A stretch of 63,464 nucleotides of DNA, counting the filler, from Cercozoa sp. M6MM (lineage: Eukaryota; Protista; Endomyxa: Ascetosporea): the NCBI GenBank assembly GCA_040357565.1. It is 8 parts of 8 records of this genome, joined end to end, with 100 filler letters (N's around TTAATTAATTAA, not from the genome) between each part and the next. Parts side by side here need not be neighbours in the genome. Positions count along the whole stretch, not along the records: positions 28,938 to 55,950 come from JBDODJ010000143.1; positions 56,051 to 59,831 come from JBDODJ010001313.1; positions 59,932 to 61,809 come from JBDODJ010001896.1; positions 61,910 to 63,464 come from JBDODJ010002000.1; 4 more parts are not named here. One strand, 5' to 3'. The notes beneath the pieces were generated by a model that saw only the letters and a program-made list of their open reading frames with translations, had not been told where the DNA came from and ran no database searches. How positions within the stretch are numbered: the first letter of the stretch is position 1; every line of letters starts with the position of its first letter. Position numbers and translations under genes: made by a program. Below are positions 51,429 to 63,464 of the stretch, in pieces.

Positions 51429-53072
51429 ATGCGGTCGTTTCTTTCTCAACTCCGAGGAAGACGGCAGGAAACTGCCGAGAAAGCGGAAGAATCGCGAGTG
51501 GTTCCCAACAGTAACGAGGAGTTTGTGTCGTTGCCAAACCATCACTGCGATTTCTCGGTGCAACGACGCGTGCTGTCGGAAGATCAGGAGTTGAACCGGT
51601 AGTATGCAATGACCCTCTGTCCTACCTATTGATACTTGTGGGCTGGGACTGCAGCCGAGTGGCAGCGAATGAAGCACTCGTGGCGCGAGCCATGCAGCGA
51701 AATACGGTGTCAATGTCGCCGTGCGGCACGGGCAACTTGCTGAGTGTCAGGCTACAGAAGACACTGCCGATCACGCAGGAGGAGGCCGTGCGGCGCGGCA
51801 TTCCGACTGACCGTCCTCTGCGCCTTGTCTGTATCCTGAGTTTCGGCGGAGGGGGGATAAGAGACTAAGATAGATACAAAGGGGAAGGAGTGGAACAAGT
51901 GCAGGCATGAGCGACACGCACAGTCGTCTGAAGACGCCAGAGTTCGCCGAGGTTCTCGAGAATTTCCCGTCCGCCGACATTCTGCTGCATGCGTGTGTTG
52001 TGCTTTCACTCCTCTGTCTCTCTCCAGTTTTCTGTATCTTTGCCTGATGTGTGTGTATGTGCTTGTGTGTCGCTGTTTGTACTCAGAGGAGACTTTACGA
52101 GCACGGGAAAGCTGGCGGAACTGCAGCAGTTCAACGCCTTCTGCAAGGCGCTCAAGTAGGCTTGTTGATACCACATGCACTCTCTCTGCCTGAGTATACT
52201 CTCTCACCTACTGTAGGGATCAAGGCAAGGTGAAGGAGGTTGTTGTTATTGCCGGAAACCACGACTTGACACTCGATGCACCGCACTACATCGACCGTGC
52301 CGGACACCGCTTCCATGTGTGTTGTACCCCCTGTCCGTTGTGTCCATCATGTGTGTAAAACATCAATGACAGGGACACCAACGGGAGTCGCCAAAAGAGT
52401 GCTGGGATGCTCTCACGGTACTCTTAGTATCGTGTGATAGCCTAATGACTCATGTGGAGACAGGATGTGACACTGCTGCAAGATGCGTCAATCGAAGTGT
52501 ACGGACTCAAGATTCACGGCTCGCCCTGGCAGCCCGAGTTTTACGACTGGTACTGTTGGTTATGCCCACCCTTCCTCCACCCCCTTTTAACCATGTCTGC
52601 TCTGCAGGGCCTTCAATCTGCCGCCCAACACGGAGCGAATCCGCGTGCCTTGGCGAGCCATCCCGGCGGACGCCGACATTGTGCTGACGCATGGACCGGT
52701 GCAAGGACTCGGCTCTCTCTGCAAGGGCGGCAATCACGCCGGCTGCGAATTGTTGTTGCAGGAACTGGCTGAGCGGTACCTTTGCTCTTTTGTCCTACTT
52801 ATAGTACGACTGTACAATTGCACCGTACGACTGTACCAACGGGCAGGGTGCGCCCGCTGCTGCATGTGTGCGGTCACATCCACGAGGACTACGGTGCCTT
52901 TGTGCTGCACGACCAGTCGGAGGTTTCCGATGACACAAACACCAGTGCTGTGAACACGGTCTTCCTCAACGCAAGCACCTGCACATTGCGCTACCGGCCG
53001 ACGCAGCCGCCCGTGCTGATCGACGTGCACCTCGCCTTCCTGCCGACCACTGACAGCACGAGTGCTCAGTAG
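51429..53072 (+). CDS. Calcineurin-like metallophosphoesterase, MPPED1/2 (239FB) type
   Basis: RLVCMSDTH, DILLHAGDFT, VIAGNHD, IHGSPWQPEFYDWAFNL, IVLTHGP, LHVCGHIHEDYG, FLNASTC...PTQPPVLID. Confidence 0.92.
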
Positions 53073-53299
53073 ACTGCCTGCGCTGAGAATGCGAGTGAGG
53101 CTGAGGCTCATACCAAGCTGTGCTGACGGATCTGCCCTGATTATATTTATCTGATCGTACGGGTCGGGCGGTTTCGTTCAGTTTTTCTCTCAAAACACAA
53201 CCGAATTACGAAAAGTTGTTTTGTTTGTCATTCAGCGTGTGCAACACGTGTACAGCATAAGCGTGTGCTCGCGAAACAGCCAGTTCCTCTAAATTCAGC

Positions 53300-54235
53300 A
53301 TGGAGTCCGACTCAGAGATTGAATCGGTTGAGGTTGTGCTGTTCGATGGTGATACTATTTTGCTATCGACGATCTATGGAATAAGGTTTCTGCAGTGTAA
53401 ATTTACCAGAGGTGTCTGTTTGCAGGCACACGCGTGCCAAACTTGCGCCTCACGCAGACTGAGTTGCGAACGCTGTTCAAAGATACCGTACATCGATTCT
53501 CTTCAACTCAAGAGAAGAGGGGAGCAGATAATCACATTGACAGTTCCTGGGAAGTGCCTTCGAGAGCGACACAACTGCGCACGAAATCGTCATTCCACGC
53601 GAATCAATGTAAAAAGAAAGATATGCACGAAATAAAAATGCGTTTCCTGTGCACGTTGCATATCACTATGCAGTTCTGTACTTGGTTCTGTAGGAGCGTT
53701 GCGACAGTGCAACGATTCGTCCAAAATCAACGAAACTTGTTCACTCAGAACGAACGTTTTTCCCTTTCCGAGCGTACTGTTCATTTATCATTCGCTGATT
53801 CTTTTGGTTTGATGTCTGGGTATAGTGCACGACATGAGATATTTGGGAGGTCAGACGAGTCTGTTCGCAGCACCCGGTGTGCACGAGCATCCGGTATAGT
53901 TTTTACCTACACTCCCAGCATTTGTTTTCTTATCAAGAAAATGACTGGACGTAGGATGTGCTTGAGATAGCCGTTAGCATTATCGAGTTCGAACGGGTGT
54001 GTTTCGACATACAGTACCGCTCACACAGATGCTAACTGACTGGAACTGAAAGCAGACGCTGCGCGAATGCACATCCACTGACATAGAGATGATCGACATG
54101 TACCTGGTACCTGGCACTGTGTTCACTCTAGAATTTTCGGCGACTTGTACAGCTCGCGCTCTTGTTTCGCTTCGTCAACGAGATGCTGAACCTGATGCCG
54201 CTCGAGGTATGTGTTCGCCCGCGCGCGCGCGCGCG

Positions 54236-54271
<36 letters not shown>

Positions 54272-55018
54272 ACAGTTTAAAGAAGTTGAAAAAGCAAAGA
54301 AGTTTCTGTAGGAGCAAACCGCTGCCTTTCAGAGGTTGTATGAAACGCTGACTGAATTCTCCGAGTGTACTACCTCTCCCCAACTTTATCAATTAGAGTC
54401 CTCTACTCCCGCCACCCAGGCTGCCGCAGTCAAGCAGCAGAGTTAAAGCGACTGAAATACGACGTGTTTTGTCTCGACAACGCTGTGTCACGCTGCTCGG
54501 TCAGTCTACAGTACAGTATTGTCACAGCACTGATGTACAGACGTACGGTACTACTAGTGTACAGTGTGTGTATTGTTGGTGCAGCTGCTGATGCAGGTGC
54601 ATGACGTGTGCGAAGACATGCCGAAAATCGTGCTGCCTGTGTTCGACGGCGCCACGCAGGTCACGCAGCGCGAGATGTCGCCCGTGCGCAGCGTCGATCA
54701 CAAGAACTGCACGCTGCTCTACGTGTGCAACATGCTGCGTGTGCCTGTGTGCACCCAGAGTACTGTCTTTTCAGGCGTTGTGTATATCACAGTACGTGTA
54801 CGCTGCTGTGTCGCTGTAGGTGATAAGAAAGCCACGGTGCGCATGCTGATACTCGCTTGGAGCACCAGCAGTCCCGAAGACCAGCACTCTGACCAACCTG
54901 TGCTGTACTCACAGAGACGCGCACTCTCGCGAGGCAGCCGTGCGTGCCACGCTTTCTTTCTGCGCCAGCCTGCGGCCTCTCTTGTGGCCGACTGGCTGCC
55001 TGTCGACTCGGATTCTTA
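53300..55018 (+). CDS. Hypothetical multi-exon protein
   Basis: ATG at 53300, alternating short exons and GT-AG introns, last exon ending WLPVDSDS*; no family recognised; could be more than one gene. Confidence 0.35.
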
Positions 55019-55069
55019 GTTTAACGGCGGGGTAGAATTATGCGGACGTTAACTTCACGTTCAGCCAGC

Positions 55070-55898
55070 TACCGGACGTCAGTCACTACCTTCACGCGAC
55101 GGCGACGGGCAGTTGGCGCACTTAGATCACACCTGGTCCTGCGGTGAGAGCGACGAAGCCAGGAACTGCGCGCTCCAGCTGCGCAGCTCCTGTAGTCGCG
55201 TGTCCACGAGTTCGACCGTCCAAGCTTGCTCTATCGGGGGGGGGGGTAAATGGGTCAAGGTAGAGGGAAGCTGGGTAATACCACTATCGTCGCCACATTG
55301 CTGCAGCCAGGTGGCAGCAGCGCGAACTTGAAGCAGTCGCTCGCGCAGACGGCAGGCAACGCCCACACGAGACTCTGGCTCTGGGAGGGTAAGGGGTAAA
55401 GGGCAGGGACAGAGTAGGGGCAGGGGGAGGGCCCAGGGATAGGAGGTACGTGTGTAATGCAAGATCTGCGCAGGCGACTGCTCGAGTGCGCGGCCGAGGA
55501 GTCCGCGACTGCTGTAGAGCAGTGCCAGTTTCGCCGCGTTGCGACCGCTGTCGTCGCCGCCGAACGCCTCCTGCCGCTGGCGCGACATCTCACACACCTG
55601 CACGGGGGGACGGGTAAAAGGGGTAAAGGGATAAATAGAGTAAGAACCGTACCGACTTGAACGTGTGCTCGCGTGCCTTCGGGTTTTGGCTAAAGGGGGA
55701 GGGTAAAGGTAACATGGGTAAAGGCAGAAAGGACGTACAAGAGAATGCGCACGCAAACACGGACCAAAGCGACGTCGTTGGCACTGCAGGGGCGCAGGGG
55801 GTAAAGAGGGGGCAAGAGGGTGGGGGTAACTGCACGCGAGGCTACCTGTACTGCAAGAAATCCTGTTCGAACGGACGTTCGATCCAGCGTTGTTCCGA

Positions 55899-55900
<2 letters not shown>
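55070..55900 (-). CDS. 3' fragment of a hypothetical multi-exon gene
   Basis: GC-rich exon blocks (e.g. RNAAKLALLYSSRGLLGRALEQSPAQILH) between C-run introns; stop uncertain. Confidence 0.35.
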
Positions 55901-55950
<50 letters not shown>

Positions 55951-56050
55951 NNNNNNNNNNNNNNNNNNNNNNNNNNNNNNNNNNNNNNNNNNNNTTAATT
56001 AATTAANNNNNNNNNNNNNNNNNNNNNNNNNNNNNNNNNNNNNNNNNNNN

Positions 56051-56564
56051 GGAGCGGCAAAGTTGTGCACAGGCGTCTCGATCACGACGACGTCGGCGGC
56101 CTGGAGTTCCGCCGAGAGTTCGCCCGACTTGGGAATGGCCGGCGCGAAAGCACTGAATCAACGTGCCATACATGCATTGATTCATCTCGCTACAAAAGGA
56201 TGAGAGGTAAGCTAAGCTACAAGCCCTTCTCGGCGTACTCCTGGCTGAGGTGCGGCAGTGTGGCCCGGGCGACTGCAACGGTACAACACATTCTCGGTGA
56301 ACACACACAAGATGGACAGTGTTGATGTACGGTCGCGGACGACCGTGTTGATCTCGGTGTTGCTCTCGGCGGCCTGCGTGCTCAGCTTGGCAAAGAACGC
56401 GTTGCCGAGCTTGCGCGACACCGAGCCGTGGGCCTTTGGACAAACACACGGAGTGCCGAGGGTGCAAACAACAGCCACACCATCGCGCATGCTGGCGCGG
56501 AGAGGCCGGGTACCACATCGCGCGGCGAGGCGCGGACGTGCAGGATGTTGATGATCTTGGACAT
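56051..56564 (-). CDS. azoR: FMN-dependent NADH:azoreductase/quinone reductase (AzoR/AcpD, flavodoxin-2 fold), 5' part with 3 introns
   Basis: Spliced MSKIINILHVRASPRDV|AHGSVSRKLGNAF...TVVRD|...LPHL...|SGELSAELQAADVVVIETPVHNFAAP matches the AzoR pattern (IL.I.SSPR..S.S..L; RDL...P.L; EL..AD.IVI..P+YNF). Confidence 0.8.
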
Positions 56565-56998
56565 GTTGAAGCGTCGTGGAGAGAGTTTTACAAGAGTGAA
56601 AGAAAACACAAAGTGTGTTGCGACGAATGGAAGGAGCGGCTGCTTCGCTCCTTGATGACTCGTTGATCGCGAGCAGACTTGTTTCAGCATGGCAGACTTG
56701 TAACTGACTTTAGTGAAGCTTTTAATCACTTTATTGGATACATAACTGTAGTTAATGCTCCCCACGGAGGTTAAACTGGATGCAGCAAAGACAATTTTGT
56801 GACCTGATCGATCATTTTCGATCATGATCGGCGAGCAACCGTTTTGTGTGACACTACTTTAGGCACGCGAAGATTCAAAATCTTCAAACATGACACTACT
56901 GTTGGATGGCACTGCTGTTGGATCCTCTTCTCGGTTGGCACGTCAGTTCATTTTATTAAAGGTTTTTGCGAATATACGAACGCAGAAAACGCAGGAGG

Positions 56999-58993
<1,995 letters not shown>

Positions 58994-59931
58994 CTGAACC
59001 AAAGATTCAACGATCAGTAAAACCGACACCCACGGAAAGAAAACACGTGTCTCCGTGACAAGCCGGCAAATATGAAAACAAGTATCTGATACCTTGGGCC
59101 TAATCGGGCCACCTGGCGCCGTCCGTCAAGGTTCAATAACGCAAGCACGCGGCCGCAACACCGTCGCGTCGCTGCAGGCGCGCACTGTTTAAAGCTGCGA
59201 TCGGTCATTATCGATTGGAAAAAAACTGCTGAAATACGAACACTGTATATTATCGCATTTTAGCAACAAGTGTTAACTGCAGTGTAGTGCTTGCGTACTA
59301 TACATGTACTAATATCAGCTAACGTCTCGCATTTACAGTGTAGTCCCGAACACCGTACAATTGTACGGCAGAAAAAAATGCCAGTCTGAAACCCCAATCG
59401 TCACTTAGAAGTATAGGGCATGACAAAGTGCGCGCGTGTGCTCTTACCACCGTGAAAATATTTGGGTAGGTCATGTTGTGTAGTAGCATTTGCGATTCCG
59501 ATTCCTGGGCAGCAGATTTTGAATGTCGCTGCCAACGCGTCTGAGTGACATCGGACGCGTCTTGCTCGGAGCTTCGCGTGTTCTGTCTGAAGCAGGTACA
59601 GTTTGTCTCGTTTTTCTGCTTCTCTAACTTCTTCATGCGGCAGGCACGGTGAGCCAGATCCTCCCGAGTCGACAGGCACTCGTCCTTCCGACCGTCCAGA
59701 TGAGTGACTTTGACTTTTGGACGGCTGCCGTTGTTGACAACAACCACAACGGCAACAACGAAACCGTCAATCAGAAGAACGCACGGACTGGCAGTCCGCT
59801 GTACACGAGTGAGGTAACACGTTACGTCTTTNNNNNNNNNNNNNNNNNNNNNNNNNNNNNNNNNNNNNNNNNNNNTTAATTAATTAANNNNNNNNNNNNN
59901 NNNNNNNNNNNNNNNNNNNNNNNNNNNNNNN

Positions 59932-59971
<40 letters not shown>

Positions 59972-59982
<11 letters not shown>

Positions 59983-61740
59983 GTCGCCGACCGTGTGCGT
60001 CGGCACTCGCGGCACTCGGTAGCGTTGTCCTTTAAATCCTTGCCCCTCCCCCTTTTACCCCTAGTTTGTGAAGGTACTGGAGGGTGAGCACATCCAAACA
60101 GCGTTGCGACAACTCGGACTACCTGTTGTGCTGGGACATCGGTACTGACTTGTAAGGGTATTGGGGGTGAGGGCACTAAGGACGGGAGAGGTAAGGCGAA
60201 GAGGGTAAGAGGTATAATGGGTGTGTCTGCAGGAGGAAGAACGACGTTGTTAGTCTCGCTGAGCACGCGCACAAAGTGTCGCAGCGACTGCGTGCGCCTG
60301 CTGCGCATTCTTTTACGGTTCACCTCCCTACCCTTACTCCCACCTCATCCCTTAGCCCTCTTACCCCCCTATAACCCCTTTACCTATCTTATCCTTCCTT
60401 TGCCCCTTTGTCAATCTTGTATACAGGCACACTGGGTGGCAGTGGACGGTCAGCAAGTACACTTTGAGACCTGTCCGTGTGTACCAACATGAGTGGTATA
60501 ATTGTACCGTACAGGTTGACAATCCGCTAAACGTGTCGTCACTCACGCGGTGTAGCCACGATGGCACGCCGCTGTCGCAGGTATTTTTACCGTCCCTCCC
60601 ATTACCCCCTACCCCTGCTCCTCTATCTTGACCGCACATGCAGGAACAACGACAGCTGCTGCGTCTTCTGCAGGATTCGCTGCTCGGTATGTGTTTAATT
60701 AAGGGTGCAGTCGTACGGGATTGGTACATGTGAACGGGGTAGTTTGGACGGTACACATGTGGATCTGTACAGGTAACGATGCTGCCATGCGGGTGGCGGC
60801 ACTGGAGGCGCTGCGCGAGGGCACTGGCGTCACGCACTTGGCACCGACGCTCGTGCCTTGGCTGGTACCCCCTCCCCCTCCGCCCTTTGACCCCCAGATT
60901 TTACCCCTTCACCCCCAACCCTCCAGGCGCGAGGTATGTTCGCCGCACTGAACACGGACCTGAGTCGTCTGCACAAACTTGTGACTGCCACCAGGTACGA
61001 CCACTCACCTCACTCGCCTCACTCGCCTGTCTCTAGTGGTCACTGTGGTCATCTCACTCACCTGTCTCGAGTGTCTGTGTACGTGTGCATTAGGTACTTG
61101 CTGGCATGTGCCACACTGCCGGTGCGTGCCGTGGCGCATCAGTTGCTGGCGCCGTTGCTGAGTGCCGTCATTTGCGACACTCTGGTAGTTGCCCTCCCCC
61201 ATTCACCCCTATCTTTGCACCCCCTTTAACCCCTCACCAGGGTGACGGTGAGAACGAAGCGCACTTCACCGTTCGAATGGACGCTGCTGAGACACTGGTA
61301 TCCCGTATCCCTTACCCTTTACCCCATTTACCCCTTACCCCCTGGGCAGATGGCACTGCAGCACCGTCTGCAAAACGCGCAGCTGCAGCAGCAGCTGTTG
61401 CGACAGTATTTGGAGTGTCTGCACTCCTACACTGGTACACTTGGACCTTTGCCTCCTGTTCTGTCTGCTTTACATAAGGGGCGTTTGGTTTTATTACGAG
61501 GGTGTGTGTGTGGTTGTCTGTCCTGTGTCTACAGGCCCCGACGCAGTGGTGCACGATCAGCGTGGCGCTTTGGCGGCGCTTTTCGGCTGCATCGTCGGTC
61601 TCGCTGCCATGGGTGTGTTCTTACCCCCCACCCTTTCCCATTCACCCCTACCCGTCGGCAGGCGAGGCGGCCGAGCGGGCGTTGCAACACGCGACGTTTC
61701 TCGCGATGCGTTTCGTTCAGACGATCACTACACAGCGAGG
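59972..61740 (+). CDS. TAF6: TFIID subunit TAF6-like, internal fragment
   Basis: RRHSRH..L..HIQTAL (histone fold end), AHWVAVDGQQ, LSQEQ, RVAALEALREGTGVTHLAP, AHQLLAPLLSAVI, HFTVRMDAAETL, LFGCIVGLAAMG. Confidence 0.7.
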
Positions 61741-61948
61741 TGTCTCTCTATTACCCTACCTCCTTCTCCCTCTTACCCCTCTGCCCCTCTTGCTCCCTTA
61801 CCCCCCCCCNNNNNNNNNNNNNNNNNNNNNNNNNNNNNNNNNNNNNNNNNNNNTTAATTAATTAANNNNNNNNNNNNNNNNNNNNNNNNNNNNNNNNNNN
61901 NNNNNNNNNCCCCTGTTTACCCCCCCCCCCCCACACACACATCGTGCA

Positions 61949-63371
61949 GTCACCGTGGGAGCGCTACGTGGAGGAGCTGGTGTCGAAGTGTGTGTCGGCA
62001 GGCGCCAGGCGGCACGTGCCGTTCCAGGTGACGCAAACAAGCTTGTTGCAGACACGTTTGTTGCAAACAAGGTCAGCACCACTGGAGAGCTTCCGCGTGG
62101 ACACGCGCAACCTCAGTTTCCGGTCGCTCGTGTCGCTGTGCACGCTGCAGACGCAGCACGCTGCGCGTCGATTCGCGCGTCTCGAACAACTCCTGCTGCG
62201 CCGCTTCCTTGCTGAACCGGTACCTTGGGTGGGGGGGGGGCCACCCCCGCCGCCCCCCCCCCCCCCCCCCAACACGGGGGGTAAACTCTTGGTGGGCAGC
62301 ACACAGGCGCTCAACTGGCGCAACTGCGATTCGCCGTTGCGCGCCTTCTCGTCCGTTCCGACGGCGATTTTGGCGTACTCTTTTCCTTTTTCTTAAGGGG
62401 TCTACTTGTACACTGTTAAGGGCGTGTACTACTTTAAGGATGCAGTCTGTGCTTAAGGCTGTGTGATTTGTTAAATGAGGGGTATCATTACAGTGTGTTC
62501 AAAGGGTGTGTTAATAAGGTGTGTTAATAATGTGTTAATTACAGGTGTTTTGATTAAGAGTGTGTTAATTAAGGTGTTTTATTTAAGAGTGTGTTGATTA
62601 AGGGTGTGTGTGTAGCCAGAGTCGGAGGCAGGTGTAGCCACATTGCGTCGCTCGACGCAGGCGGCGCTGGAGCGACTCGGCGACGCCGAACGCGCCACCA
62701 CGAAGCGCTCGCTCGCCCGCGCGCGTCAGGTGAGTTTTACCCTCCTGTTTACCCCCCTATTTACCCCTCTATTTACTCCTCTATTTAATCCGCCTATTTA
62801 CCCTCCCATTTACCCTCTATTTGCCTCCCATTTACCCCCCTATTTACCCCCCTATTTACCCCCCTATTTACCCTCCTATTTATTACCCTGTTTATTCCCC
62901 TATTTCCCCCACATTTACTCCCTATTTACCATCCATTTACTCTTCTATTTACTACCCTGTTTACCTCCTTTTACGCCCGTATTTACCCCCATATTTACAC
63001 CCCTATTTACCCCCCGTTTACACCCCTATTTACCCCCCTATTTACCCCCTCCCCCGGGATAGGTGATAGGCGAGCTGAGCGAGGCGAAACTCGCCCGTGT
63101 CACGCAGTCACTCCTGTCGATCAAGCGACTGAGCGAGAGTCTCGGTGAGCACGTGTCACTCAGTCAGAGCGAGCACGTGTCACTCAGTCAGAGTGAGCAC
63201 GTGTCACTCAGTCAGAGTGAGCACGTGTCACTCAGTGAGCACGTGGCCACTCTGCAGCGTGCCATGTGGGCCTTCGAGCCAGGCGACGACCTTGTTCGCC
63301 ACGTGGCCCTCCTGGCCTGCCATCCCGTCGCACGTGCCGACTTGTTCCGCCTGCTCTGCGCTCTCCTCAGG
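61949..63371 (+). CDS. Internal fragment of a hypothetical helical protein with (SEHVSLSQ) repeats
   Basis: Exon blocks between GT-AG introns; 24-bp coding tandem repeat at about 63145-63245. Confidence 0.4.
62735..63055 (+). repeat. Intronic degenerate (TATTTACCCCC)n minisatellite
   Basis: Directly visible inside the GT-AG intron 62730-63062. Confidence 0.9.
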
Positions 63372-63464
63372 TCACACACACACATGCACACTCTGGGAGG
63401 GGGGGGGGTAAAGGGGGTGAAATGGTGGGTACAAGGGGAGGTAAAGGAGGTAAGAAGGGGGGGG

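Noticed and set aside
59319-59747. 142-aa minus-strand ORF at the scaffold end
   Set aside because: No recognisable motif, start or splice support.
63145-63245. 24-bp repeats (also 12255-12325) as a CRISPR-like array
   Set aside because: No unique spacers; in-frame coding tandem repeats in a eukaryotic exon.

Overview
Eukaryotic (protist-like) nuclear DNA, not prokaryotic. The window is an artificial concatenation of 8 scaffolds joined by 100-nt linkers (44N-TTAATTAATTAA-44N): 1-12048, 12149-21712, 21813-25102, 25203-28837, 28938-55950, 56051-59831, 59932-61809 and 61910-63464. Adjacency across linkers is meaningless. Genes are compact, use the standard code (TAA, TAG and TGA all end recognisable genes) and are split by many short GT-AG introns, so the six-frame ORF track is misleading and I spliced the models by eye. 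Recognisable genes: RPL3, EFG1, RPN12, a Cys-rich ABCG half-transporter, a WHIM1/WSD-like protein, a fascin-like protein, DED1/DDX3, LTV1, an M28 aminopeptidase, a SEC16-like protein, an MPPED-type metallophosphoesterase, an intron-containing AzoR-like azoreductase, a cytochrome-b5-fused front-end desaturase and TAF6-like. The best candidate for an undescribed system is a multi-exon gene (32791 to about 37435, minus) encoding a caspase-like CHAT protease, a STAND NTPase and a STAT-type SH2 domain, i.e. an NLR-like protease that may sense phosphotyrosine. Its only long intron holds a structured RNA candidate. Scaffold 2 is a dynamic accessory region. It has a duplicated orphan gene family, one exon inverted between (TG)n/(CA)n repeats, a 38-bp-TIR element in a TA-rich intron, and a secreted protein built from an exact 72+144-nt two-exon repeat. 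All domain calls come from motif recognition; no searches were run.
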